Shown here: one piece after another, positions 38,967 to 51,610 of the stretch
Numbering within the stretch: position 1 is the first letter of the stretch
Layout of the letters: each line of letters starts with the position of its first letter
NCBI RefSeq assembly: GCF_006345805.1
Contig: NW_021836292.1
Location: forward strand, 62,001 to 126,000
DNA length: 64,000 bases
Direction: 5' to 3'
Source: Octopus sinensis
Lineage: Eukaryota
The notes under the pieces: model-generated
What the model saw: only the letters and a program-made list of their open reading frames with translations
Told to the model about the DNA's origin: nothing
Database searches by the model: none
Made by a program: the position numbers and the translations under genes

Positions 38967-39844
38967 ATGGTAGGAAAAAAATTTAGTGAACAAGAATTGT
39001 ATCACCTCCGTCAAAAATGCAAGACGAATGCTGCTTAATCTAATATCATGATTTCGAACTTAGCGCCAGAGGCGCTTGAATCTCCTCATTCGAATCTACC
39101 AGTGGTAGCTACTAGAATTCACCTACTACCATTCCTGTAAATTCATTTGAGTAGTCGAACACCAACTGAAACAAATGAATTGCGTGAAATTATTTATAAA
39201 TTAATATAAGAACGCTATTATTTCTAAAAATAATATCGTTGGTGGTCGCGAGAGTAAAGCCGTATAGGTAAATTAATAAATTATATATAAGATTTATAAA
39301 TATATTTATATACACTAGGGTACTACTTAAGCGCCTGCTTCGCTAAAAATAAATGTTAAAATACTTCTAAGCCACAGAAGAATTACAAAATTAATATAGG
39401 CATGGAAAGAAAAAAATTTTAGTGAACAAGAATAGCGTCTTACCTCCCCCAAGAATGCAAGAGGCATGCTGGTTACTTTAATATCATGATTTCGAATTTA
39501 GCTCTAAAGTGTTAGAGCACTGCCTTTCGTCGAACAAATCGACTCCATGACTTATTCTTTGTAAGTCTAGTACTTATTCTATCGGTCTCTTTTGCCGAAG
39601 CACTAAGTTACGGGGGGCGTAAACACATCAGCATCGGTTGTCAAGCGATGGTGGGGAAACAAACACAGACACAAATATACATATATATATATACATAATT
39701 AAATGAAAGAATGGAGTCGAACGAAGATGTTAACAAAATTCCTTTACTCTTGACATATGTTTGCTACCCTGGTTTCGGTTCAACGAATTTTCCATGCTGA
39801 CGATAAACATAGGATAATTCATTCACCTATTTAATATATATATA

Positions 39845-39890
<46 letters not shown>

Positions 39891-39967
39891 TAATTAGGCA
39901 CCTGCTTCGATAAAAATAGAAATCGAAACACCTCTAAGCCACAGAAGAATTCCAAAATTAATAGGCA

Positions 39968-40289
39968 CATGGCTCAGTGGTTAGATCGTCGAGCTTACAA
40001 TCGTGAGGTTGTGAGTTCGAACCCCGGACCGGATTGTGTTTCTTGAGCAAGACACTTTATTTCACGTTGCTCCAGTTCACTCAGCTGTAGAAATGAGTTG
40101 CGACGTGACAGGTGCCAAGCTGTATCTGCTGTTGCCTTTCCCTTGGATAATACTGGTGGCGTGGAGAAGGGAGGCCGGTGTGCATGGGTGACTGCTGGTC
40201 TTCCATAAACAACCTTGCCCGGATTTGTGCCAAGGAGGGTAACTTTCTAGGTGCAATCCCACGGTAAGTCATGACCGAAGGGAGTCTCA
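39968..40289 (+). mobile_element. SINE family C (duplicated copy)
   Basis: Appears identical to 38645-38966. Confidence 0.9.
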
Positions 40290-41164
40290 ATGGTAGGAAA
40301 AAAATTTAGTGAACAAGAATTGTATCACCTCCGTCAAAAATGCAAGACGAATGCTGCTTAATCTAATATCATGATTTCGAACTTAGCGCCAGAGGCGCTT
40401 GAATCTCCTCATTCGAATCTACCAGTGGTAGCTACTAGAATTCACCTACTACCATTCCTGTAAATTCATTTGAGTAGTCGAACACCAACTGAAACAAATG
40501 AATTGCGTGAAATTATTTATAAATTAATATAAGAACGCTATTATTTCTAAAAATAATATCGTTGGTGGTCGCGAGAGTAAAGCCGTATAGGTAAATTAAT
40601 AAATTATATATAAGATTTATAAATATATTTATATACACTAGGGTACTACTACTTAAGCGCCTGCTTCGCTAAAAATAAATGTTAAAATACTTCTAAGCCA
40701 CAGAAGAATTACAAAATTAATATAGGCATGGAAAGAAAAAAATTTTAGTGAACAAGAATAGCGTCTTACCTCCCCCAAGAATGCAAGAGGCATGCTGGTT
40801 ACTTTAATATCATGATTTCGAATTTAGCTCTAAAGTGTTAGAGCACTGCCTTTCGTCGAACAAATCGACTCCATGACTTATTCTTTGTAAGTCTAGTACT
40901 TATTCTATCGGTCTCTTTTGCCGAAGCACTAAGTTACGGGGGGCGTAAACACATCAGCATCGGTTGTCAAGCGATGGTGGGGAAACAAACACAGACACAA
41001 AATACATATATATATACATAATTAAATGAAAGAATGGAGTCGAACGAAGATGTTAACAAAATTCCTTTACTCTTGACATATGTTTGCTACCCTGGTTTCG
41101 GTTCAACGAATTTTCCATGCTGACGATAAACATAGGATAATTCATTCACCTATTTAATATATAT

Positions 41165-41210
<46 letters not shown>

Positions 41211-41212
41211 CA

Positions 41213-41376
41213 CGACAGGCTTCTTTCAGTTTCCGCTCACCAAATTCGCTCACAACGCTTTAGTCGGCCCGAGGCTATAGCAGAAGATACTTGCCCAAGG
41301 TGCCACGCAGTGAGTCTGAACCTGGAACCATGTGGTTGGGATTCAATCTTCTTACTACACAGCCACTCCTGCGCCT
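41213..41376 (-). mobile_element. SINE family B 5' half
   Basis: aggcgcaggagtggctgtgt head on the minus strand. Confidence 0.85.
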
Positions 41377-41377
41377 G

Positions 41378-41446
<69 letters not shown>

Positions 41447-43170
41447 TATATATATATATACATACATATATATATATATACAGATGTGTAAGTATTAAAA
41501 ATTGTTTATCACGTGTAGTAAAATCTAGGTTCGATTTTCTGACTTGGCGGTGCGTTGTATCCTTAAGCAAGGTACTTCATTTCCTGTCGGTCCACCACAC
41601 TAGACTGAAAATAAGTCCCAGTAGCATTTGTAGGTTAACTTTCCGATAGACTGATATCCTGTTGAGTAATAGGGGAGTTTTGTATTCAAAATTATTTAAC
41701 ACCTCAGAAGCTCAGATAGACTCTTGCCTAATGAGCCCATGAAGTTGAGCTCATTTAACTTATTTATACTAACGTATCTGCATAAGATATGTCTTTCTAG
41801 TCAACTATTAGCATCATCATCATCAACATCATCATTATCATCATCATCGTCTGAACATCCATTTTTCCTTGCTTGCATCGGTCATATATAATTAGTTTAG
41901 TCAAATTTTCTATAGCCAGATGCCCTTCTTGTTGCCCTATTTCCTCTAATCCTTCGAACACAAACATCCCATTGACTGGGTATGTTTTCATGGAATATTG
42001 TAAAACGAAAGGCACTTGTGACATTCATTTACAATTGTTGCACGATGAATAGGCACTCATATATGTGTGTGTATGTGTGTGTATACATATCTTTTCTACT
42101 CTAGGCACAAGGCCCGAAATTTTTAGTGGGGGAGCCAGTCGATTAAATCGACCCCAGTTCGCAACTGGTACTTAATTTATCGACTCCGAAAGGATGAGGG
42201 GCAATATATATATATATGATGTGTGAAAACTAATTCACCAGTTGTTTAGCCTACATTAACACTAAAACTTAAACTTTAGTATCAATGGCTTGCTAAATAA
42301 TTTTTTCCATCTTCTTGTTTGTTGTGGCAAGAATTAACGATATAACACTTGAGGAAAGATTAAGGCCAAGAAGTAAAGGGAAACTATCGGAAGTGCTATG
42401 ATGGCAATAAGAATAAGGTTAATTATATATTTTGGTCTCTAGACATTTCGAAAAAGAAAAATTTAGTAATTTCTAAAACACATGAGAATAATATACAACG
42501 TTGATGAAATGAGGAGGTCAATATTTAGTCATTTGACTTACTAGAAATATCAGCCAAGCCTATTTCAAATCTTAACCTACCGTCTTAAGATTGTTATATT
42601 GATTTTTTTCCCCATTAGTGTTTTTTATAACATTTTTTTTCTTTTTGTTGACATTAATTACCTTAACTGCTTTGCAAATTAGCCATCTCTGGCTGTTACA
42701 ATGTGTAATTGAGCTCGTAGACACAAATAATAACATCAAACCCTGCCGTCACCTTTGTATCTACCATCCACCTAAATAGCTATTTATACATGACAACACT
42801 ATACTTCATACAATAACAGCAGTTAATGTTTTCCTCCTTCTTTCCATTGAACACATACGCAAATTTAGAGTTGTTGTAATAAGTAACTCCAAACTTATTG
42901 CACTTTGTGAAATTTCTGTTCAACATTGTAAGTTGGCTGGCGTACAAAAATGAAAGTGTTTAGTTTGTTTTTTTTCTCACCATTTATTTTCTACTTAACC
43001 ATGAATGCTCTTTGTATTAACTACTATGTGTAACCTAGTAATAGGCTGTGTGGTGTCGGGGTATAGGTTAGATTTCTGAATAAGGTGGGGAGTTGTCACT
43101 GTAGAAGTGAACAATTTGTATCAAAGATAAAATAAAATTTGCAATTACTTTGGAGAATAATAAATTACAT

Positions 43171-43535
43171 ACTGTTTTACAAGTTTCAGTCATTCGACTG
43201 CAGCCATGCTGAAGCACCGCCTTTAGTCGAACAAATCGATTCCAGGACTTATTCTTTGTAAGCCTAGTACTTGTTCTATCGATCTCTTTTGCCGAACCGC
43301 TAAATTTTGGGGACATAAACACACCAACATCGGTTTTCAAGTGATGGTGGTGGGGACAAACACAGATACAAAGACACACACACACATAAATATATGCTTC
43401 CGTCTACTAAATCCATTCACAAGGCTTTGGTCGGCCCGAGGCTATAGTAGAAGACACTTGCCCAAGGTGCCACGCAGTAGGACTGAACCTGGAACCATGT
43501 GGTTTGGAAGCTAGCTTCTTACCACACAGCCACGC
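43171..43535 (-). mobile_element. SINE family B with 3-bp TSD (cat)
   Basis: The empty site is visible in the inverted paralog near 47330. Confidence 0.85.
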
Positions 43536-43589
43536 CATGGTAGCACTGATATTAAAAGATTATAATTTATGCATAAATGTAATAATTCT

Positions 43590-44230
43590 TTCTCAATTTG
43601 GCACAAGCAATTTTGAGGAAAAAGATAAGTCGATTACATCGAACCTGTACTCAATTGGTATTTATTTTATCGACCCCCGAAAAAATGAAAAGTAAAACCG
43701 GCCTCCGTGGCATTTAAATTGAGAACGTGAAGAACCAGAAGAAACGCTGGTAAGCATAAATGTAATAGTGAGAACCGAATCGGATTGTAATAATTGCGAA
43801 GAAAAGGGCGGTGGATTAGCAAAATCGTTAGCACTTCGAGCAGAATGCTTAGCGACATGTCGTCCGTCCTTACGTTCTAAGTTCAAATTCTGCCGAGGTC
43901 GACTTTGCATTTCATCCTTTTGGGGGTTGATAGGATAAATACCAGTGGAGCACTGAGCTCGATATTATCGACTTGCCGTTTCTCCCGAACTTGTTGCCCT
44001 TGTGTCAGAACTTGAAAGTAATAATTGCTAGGAAAAAAGACAGTGAGCTGGCAGACTCGTTAGCACGTCGGGCAAAATGCTTAGCTGCATTTCGTCTGTC
44101 TTTACGTTCTAAGTTCAAATTCCGCCGAAGTCAACTTTGCCTCTCATCCTTTCGAGGTCGATAAAATAAGCATCAGTTGAGCACTGAGGTCGATGTAATT
44201 GCTGGTCTTGTGCCAAAATTTGAAACCAAT
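43590..44230. mobile_element. Cluster of three family A SINEs (43590-43730 minus; 43807-44015 plus; 44040-44230 plus)
   Basis: Consensus head and central domain matches. Confidence 0.85.
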
Positions 44231-45273
44231 AATTACGAAGAAAACTTCAACACACGGTTATGCCTGAATTTTGTTGAGTGACTAAGGATTTCCTCAAATG
44301 AGAATTTTGTTTCTCAGGCGATTTAAAGGTACAAATCCTCCTATCTTAAGAAGAGCATTTCTCCCGTTTGTGACTCTAAATCGATCCTAATACTTGGGTG
44401 ATTGTTTATAGACCACAGACGACTATCAGATAAATCTGACGCCTGCGGGATTTCAAACCAGAACAAAAAAAAAACGACAAAAGTCAGTAATCAAGGAAGT
44501 TCGCCACTTGGTCAGCTGATTTTGCCAGTCAGCTGACCTATTGACGCCCTCCCTCAGGAAATAACAGCTTTCGTGGTGTCATTGATATTAAAAGATTCTA
44601 ATGCATGCATTGATATAATAATTGGAAACAAAGCAAGCTTGTATTGAATTGAGGATAAAAATATTATAGATATAGGGTATATTAAAGTCATTATGGAAAT
44701 TGTAGTGACAGAAACAGGTTGATAAAAAATATGAGAGTTTAGTAATAGTGTCACAGCGTAATGAGTAAAATCAACAAAAATTGAAAGAGAAAGGGACTGA
44801 GACGACTTACATTTAATGAAAGGAAAATAAAAACTAATTTAGTGTTGCAACCAGTTTGAATTCATATTTGAACAAGGACACAATTTTACTTTACTACAGA
44901 ATAGTAAAGTATACTGCGTGTGTGTGTGTGAATACGTGTATATAATTGTTATTATTTTTAAATGGTAAAAAGTTTCAAAAATGACCCAAGAGCCCAGTTT
45001 CGTGCATAGCATTTATAAAAGATTAGCGAAACTCACGGCCCTTGAGACTAGTGTGGTTTTCTGCCAATTAAAATTAATAAAAAAGAGTATATATAACCAT
45101 ATATAGAGTTCTATTTCTCCTAGTTGACCGATCAAACATGTATATATACATTCATATATATATGTATGTACATATATATATATATATATGTGTGTGTATA
45201 TATATGTGTGTGTGTATATATATGTGTGTGTTTGTGTAGCATATATATATGTTTGTATATATATGTGTGTGTG

Positions 45274-45307
<34 letters not shown>

Positions 45308-45311
<4 letters not shown>

Positions 45312-45671
45312 TAATATTAAGTAATTAAGGGTTTAGCAACGATTTGCCTCACCACACACCGAATTTAGAAATAGCAGTCAAAGAGTTATGGCTATTCTTT
45401 CTACTTAAAAGGGAGATCCCAGTAAAACCACAGCACTTAAAAGGCAAACAACGCAGACAAAAGAGAAAGAAATGACGACCTCCCTTTTAAGTAGAAAGAA
45501 TAGCCATAACTCTTTGACTGCTATTTCTAAATTCGGTGTGTGATGAGGCAAATCGTTGCTAAACCCTTAATTACTTAGTATTACTTAAACCTTCCTTGAA
45601 TGGGGCTTTTACATGCCGAAATCTACTAGGTGAAATTAATGATTATTCCAAATTAATTAATTCCACCCTAT

Positions 45672-45672
<1 letters not shown>
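45308..45672 (+). mobile_element. Fold-back element E1: 108-bp inverted arms + terminal hairpin ending ccaccctata
   Basis: 45308-45415 is the reverse complement of 45480-45587 (2 mismatches seen); terminal ggtgaaattaatgatt/aattaattaattccacc hairpin. Confidence 0.85.
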
Positions 45673-45703
<31 letters not shown>

Positions 45704-45825
45704 TCACAATCAAGGAACGGCCATAATAGGCCATTCACCCACTAGAAATAACAGCCAAAAGCTTCAACCGCAAAATAACATCAATTCCGTAAACCAGGAG
45801 AAAATTAAAAAACATTTACCCTGTA

Positions 45826-45932
45826 ATTTCTTATACGATGCACCGTTTCATCTACTGTTTAATGGTAAACTAACCTGATTAAATTAAATCAAGCCAATCT
45901 TCCATAGGCCCTTAGAATCATCAGTAAGAAAT
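45826..45932 (-). ncRNA. Type I hammerhead ribozyme (inverted-arm copy)
   Basis: Reverse complement of 46193-46298. Confidence 0.75.
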
Positions 45933-46192
45933 AGCCAAGTCGGAACAGATATTTTCACGAGGCATTTCCGACCCTGCCTCGGCGCTGGTGGCAAAAAAAT
46001 TCTACAAAATTTTTTGCCACCCTATATTGATTAATTATGAATGTTCTGGTTAATTCCGTAATGGAATCGGCGGCTTATATTTATTTGCTGCCGATAAATT
46101 TGGCGCGAGTGCGATGATTTGAAAATTTTAGGTCAGATATTGCCGAGGCAGGGTCGGAAATGCCTCGTGAAAATATCTGTTCCGACTTGGCT

Positions 46193-46298
46193 ATTTCTTA
46201 CTGATGATTCTAAGGGCCTATGGAAGATTGGCTTGATTTAATTAATCAGGTTAGTTTACCATTAAACAGTAGATGAAACGGTGCATCGTATAAGAAAT
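46193..46298 (+). ncRNA. Type I hammerhead ribozyme with long stem II
   Basis: ATTTCTTA-CTGATGA-[tTCTA...TAGAt]-GAAA-CGGTGCATCG-TA-TAAGAAAT; 8-bp stem I, near-palindromic stem III, GUA site; first stem II pair is U-U. Confidence 0.8.
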
Positions 46299-46521
46299 TA
46301 CAGGGTAAATGTTTTTTAATTTTCTCCTGGTTTACGGAATTGATGTTATTTTGCGGTTGAAGCTTTTGGCTGTTATTTCTAGTGGGTGAATGGCCTATTA
46401 TGGCCGTTCCTTGATTGTGATGTTGAACTTAAAAATGGTCTATGACTATTTAATTTTTTCCCACTATGCCGCTGGTGGCAAAAAAATTCTACAAAATTTT
46501 TTGCCACCCTATATGATTAAT

Positions 46522-46589
<68 letters not shown>

Positions 46590-46593
<4 letters not shown>

Positions 46594-46735
46594 ATCCAAA
46601 CAAGAAATCACAAAGGAAAGAAGGAGGGTTTAACGTTTCGAGCGGAGCTCTTCGTCGGAAACATAGAAGGAAAGATCCAGAGAAGGGAAGACAGAGGGAA
46701 AAAAATCGCCAACGGTACACACGAGGTCACATTTT
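46590..46735 (-). mobile_element. Family H1 repeat with hammerhead motif at 46628-46662
   Basis: GTTT-CCGACGA-A-GAGC tcc GCTC-GAAA-CG-TT-AAAC on the minus strand. Confidence 0.75.
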
Positions 46736-47380
46736 GAAAGACCGGAGAATGTCTGTGTAAATGTAAGTGGTGGCGACACAAGTGGGAAAATGGAAGTAGA
46801 AGAAGAAAGGTAAAAAGTACGAGGAAAAAGTGGAAGAGTCACTGACAAATCTTTTTGATTTCCAATCACGATTTCAATGGCGTACTCCGGAAGAATGGTA
46901 ACAGTAATGCGTAGGTGTAAAAATCCAGGAATTGGTATCCAAGGCACTCAGAGGGCCATACACTGTCAACTGAAATAGCAGAATCACTGAAAATGTTTTG
47001 CTAGTGGATTTTAAACTATGTTAAATCATTTTCAATGTCCTTAATTTTGAAGTTCATGAATTCTTTATAATGATGTAATGTTTTCATTAATCAATTAAAG
47101 GAGTCGTTAGAAACGGTAGTAATGGATTGACACCTGTACCGCTACTGTTACTCATATACAGGTCGGCTTTACTTTTCATTTTTCCGGGGTCGATAAAATA
47201 AATACGAAATGAGCACTGAGTCGATGTAATTGACTTATCTCTTCCTTCAAAATTGCTAGTCTTGTGCCAAATTGAGAAAGAATTATTACATTTATGCATA
47301 AATTATAATCTTTTAATATCAGTGCTACCATGTAATTTATTATTCTCCAAAGTAATTGTCAATTTTATTTTATCTTTAAA

Positions 47381-48070
47381 ATCTTGGACTTTGTACCGAA
47401 AGCGCAAGAATCAGCTTGACGCTTTTCATATGCGATGCTTACGTACTATCTCATACATAAAACCAAGCAACCGTATTCATAACAGGGAGGTACTTAAGCA
47501 ATGCAACATATCAGGTATTGAAGCCATCCTCATCAAAATTCAGCTTAGATGGTCTGGTCATCTCTCACGTATATGTGATATCAGAATCCCGAAGTAACTT
47601 CTCTTTGGCCAATTCCCAACAGGACGGTCAGTTAGGAGGCCACTCTTGCGCTTCAAAGACAAACTGAAAGACAACCTGAAATGATGCAACGTTCCTTTTT
47701 CTTCCTGAGAATACAAAGCATCAGAGCGTAGGACCTGGCGCCAGTTCTGCTTCTCCTCGGTTCAAAACTCTGAGCAAAATCGACCGGGAATAACTTCGTG
47801 CAAGCACGAAGGCATTCTGGCAAAGCACTGCTTCTCTAAATGAAAGTCTTACCTGTCATTGTCATTTTTTGACACGAAGCAAAGCAGGCCTAGCCGTCCG
47901 CTCAAGAAAATACATAGTAAATAATCCACAAGCACTCAAGCAAACTGAGTCCTCAACTTGTTCCATTTGTCGAAAGTTTTGCAAGGCACCAGCAGGCCCC
48001 AAGAGACATGTTCGTGTCCAACACTTTATTTTACTGAACTCTCATTTGTCGTCCACAAGAGAATCCATTG
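47381..48070 (+). mobile_element. RTE-clade LINE 3' fragment
   Basis: SWTLY..LDAFHMRCLRTI..NREVL..QLRWSGHLSR..RIPK..RPLLRFKD and a C-terminal CxxC..H..H motif. Confidence 0.9.
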
Positions 48071-48472
48071 TATATATATGCATATATTGATCCATTTTTG
48101 TTGCTTTTTTCTTGTTTATAATCACCCCGCATTATCTTATGGTTAATACCATATAGATTTCTGGTGCATCTAAGTTAAGTACCGCATTCATGTGAATTCA
48201 ACAGAACTCATTTGAATCTTAATTGCTTTTACTATATATATATATATATATTATTATTATATATATATATATATATGATATATATATATATCATATATAT
48301 GTATGTATGTTTTGTGTATGTATGTGTGTATGTATGTATCGTCTATAGAAAACATAAATCCGAAAGAAGCATACTCTAAGATGTAGAGCAGTATATATTA
48401 AAAATGTGGACACTCAGTTTAAGGGGCTACCTTAGGTTTTCCATCCAATCCCATAAACCGGCCCTCCCCATT

Positions 48473-48570
<98 letters not shown>

Positions 48571-48580
48571 TATATATATA

Positions 48581-48754
48581 TAAGTTCAGTAAAATTTAGA
48601 TTTAGTTGAATATGGTACTTAAGTTAAAGGCACCAGAATTTAGTATGGTATTATCCATATAATTCAAAATGGGTTGATTGCATTATACACTTAAATGGAG
48701 TCGCATGAAGCGATCGTACTGCATTACCTCTGGATATCCTTGTTGCTTATTTTG

Positions 48755-48837
<83 letters not shown>

Positions 48838-48986
48838 GACATATACATATATATATATGTATGTATATATACATTGATACAGCTTTATACACACACACAC
48901 ATATAGTATATATACATACATATATGTGTGTGTATGTGTGTGTATAAAGTTGTATCAATATATATATACATACATATATATATATG

Positions 48987-49033
<47 letters not shown>

Positions 49034-49211
49034 TATATAATCAAAATAAGCAACAAGGATATCCAGAGGTAATGCAGTACGATCGCTTCATGCGACTCTA
49101 TTTAAGTGAATAATGCAATCAACCCATTTTGAATTATATGGATAATACCATACTAAATTCTGGTGCCTTTAACTTAAGTACCATATTCAACTAAATCTAA
49201 ATTTTACTGAA

Positions 49212-49214
<3 letters not shown>
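48581..49214. repeat. Large inverted repeat (about 178-bp unique arms plus mirrored microsatellites)
   Basis: 48581-48758 is the reverse complement of 49037-49214 with 2 mismatches seen. Confidence 0.95.
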
Positions 49215-49248
<34 letters not shown>

Positions 49249-49261
49249 TACATATATGTGT

Positions 49262-49350
<89 letters not shown>

Positions 49351-50349
49351 AAGCTGTATCAATAGACAGGTGAAAAAACTTTGTCTTTATACCTTATATT
49401 TTTGGGGACAGAAAATGGTGGGTCAACCGAATAATTAAGTTCCAATGCTGTATCGGGTTTTCATCATCGACTGAGTAGCCTCTTTAACTGTCTACGGAAG
49501 CATTGTCTATATATCCATTATAATTAAAAGCGCAAGGAAACTGGATGACTACTTTACGTGTATAATGTATTCTTGCCAATTAGTTGGATAAAAAGTAACT
49601 ATTGCACTAGCAGTGTTTTACTTCGATACTATACTTTACTGTAAGATAGATTTATGGATTTTTAGCTAGCTGTATATGGAAAGATGGAAGTAAGTAAAAT
49701 GTCCTATGTGTGTGTACGCGCTTATGTGTAATAGTGTCTTTTGCTTTTTCCTTAACATTACTTTTCGCAGTATGCTTGTATAATCGATCCTTAAGGGAAA
49801 TGTTGGTTAAGCCGATGTATGACACTGTAGTACTGGGGTTTCTTTCTGGGTTATTTTTATTTTTTCAGACATGTATTCCTCATACCTTAAGAATAACGAA
49901 ACATTCTGTAGCGCCATTTTTAGAGTAATTTGTACTTTTAAAATCTTTTGTTTGTTGTTTTATCTTTTCTTTTTTGCAACTGTTTATGGCCTTAGTTTGT
50001 TTTATTTTGTAATTACTTTAAAGACAGAAAATAACTCTGTGTGTGGTGTGTGTATGTGTGTGTGTGTGTGCGTGAGTGTGTGCGCGTGTGTGTGTGTGTG
50101 TATGTGTGGCTACTTGTATTAGTTTATATTACCATCCGTGCCAACGCTTCAATTCGCTGGATTTGGAAATTTTCCTTCAGAAACTCATGCCTAAAGAGCA
50201 GTTTTATATCCCGAGTATCTGTACAGGTACACTTCAGATAGAAATTCTGCCTTTGATATTGATATTCACAGGGCTCTTCGAGATTTATGTTTGCTTTCTA
50301 AGCATTATACAAGGGGTTTCCCATTAGATTATAAAGTACCGTTTCAATA

Positions 50350-51480
50350 TTTCCACATGACATGATTTCTTTTTGTTTTTATTTTTTTTATTTCTCTTTT
50401 ATTCCTTGATTCTAGCTAGATCCTTTACTAATAGAGCAGCGGTTTAACCATGCAAGACGTATATAACTTCCTTGGGTATCATATACTTGCATATCCAACT
50501 TCTTTAGTTGACATGGCTTCTCGTATAGTTGTTGCCACATTTGTTGTTTTTAAGTATTTCTTCTCTGAATATTTTACTTCTTTAGCTGCTGGTTCAGCAT
50601 TGATTTTTGTTTCATCTTTATCTAGTTCTTGCTAAGATCGTTTGGGGCTGGAGTAGAATTGTTTGTTTTGTTCAAAGGATTCGCCGTCGTTTTTAATATC
50701 AACGGATTGTTAGCGATTTAGCGACGATCTCTTTTCTTCAGGCTGTCTTTGGTTTCCTGTACTTATTTATTTATTTTTGTTATTTTAATTTCTCCAGTAA
50801 TTGTCATTCTTTCACTCTTACGCATTTCTGTTATTTAGTTATTGAAATCATTAAAGAGAGATATCTGCTATCTTATCCTATTTTTTTCGTATGTTTCTGA
50901 TGTTGCTGGTTTAGATTTTGATAATCTAATGAGTATATATGAGGGGAGAACTAACTATTCTTTGTATCTTGTGTGATTTTCGCATATATTATTTTGTTTA
51001 TTCTAGCAATATTGACGTCTTTGTAGATTTGCATTTTTATTGATGTAGCTATTTCATCGTTAAGTTTTATCTTTGGGGGTTATTTTCGTTAGTCCATAAA
51101 AAGATCAATCGTTTTTAACTCTTAAGTATTTTCCCTATTAAACTATTGTCATATTCCGATTTTCTATCTTCAGAATATTTTTTTTCTTAAATATTTCTCA
51201 AATTTCCTGTTATTCAATATTTGTTCGTGTTTCTTTTTCTTGTTTTTTTTTTGTTTTGTTTTTTCTTGATCTGACTATTCTGTAGTAGATTGATTTCATA
51301 TTTTATTGTTTACATTGTTTGGAGTTTCTTTTGTTTGGGAGCGGTGTTTCTTACCTTTGGGCACGTGTCAGCTTTACGTGATTTATTTACGTCTGTGCTT
51401 TTATCCTCGTTATTTGTTTGCTTTTTTTTTTCTTTTTCGTGATTTGTAATTTTGTGTTCTTTTTCTTAAAGTGTTCTATA
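50350..51480 (-). mobile_element. Decayed R4/Dong-like LINE N-terminal region
   Basis: 'EQNKQFYSSPKR..QELDK..KINAEP..KEV' resembles the pre-RT region of these elements; many stops. Confidence 0.4.
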
Positions 51481-51610
51481 TCTACGTTTCATATCTTTTC
51501 GCATTGAGGCGTGCTATTTCAAATTCGCAAGTATTTTGGAATACAAAGTATTTTGGAATACAAAGTATTTTTTAGATTAAGGTTATTTTGTCTCCAAATT
51601 ATATACTAAA

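Larger units (their letters stand above)
38567..41157. repeat. Near-perfect tandem duplication, period 1323 bp, separated and flanked by (TA)n
   Basis: 38567-39834 vs 39890-41157; only short indels in repeats were noticed. Confidence 0.95.
45703..46522 (+). mobile_element. Fold-back element E2: about 280-bp inverted arms containing a hammerhead, plus a partial tandem repeat (monomer about 487 bp); PLE pseudo-LTR/retrozyme-like
   Basis: 45703-45983 is the reverse complement of 46142-46421; direct repeat 45984-46036 = 46471-46522 carrying a ggtggcaaaaaaatt/aattttttgccacc hairpin. Confidence 0.85.

Noticed and set aside
38567-41157. Repeated units as a possible CRISPR-like or LTR structure
   Set aside because: No repeat-spacer periodicity and no TG..CA ends, PBS or PPT; it is a simple tandem duplication
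45535-45570. gTGATGA-GGCAA atcg TTGCT-AAAC hammerhead-like string in E1
   Set aside because: It lacks the core C and G and has no stem III or cleavage triplet, so it was not called a ribozyme
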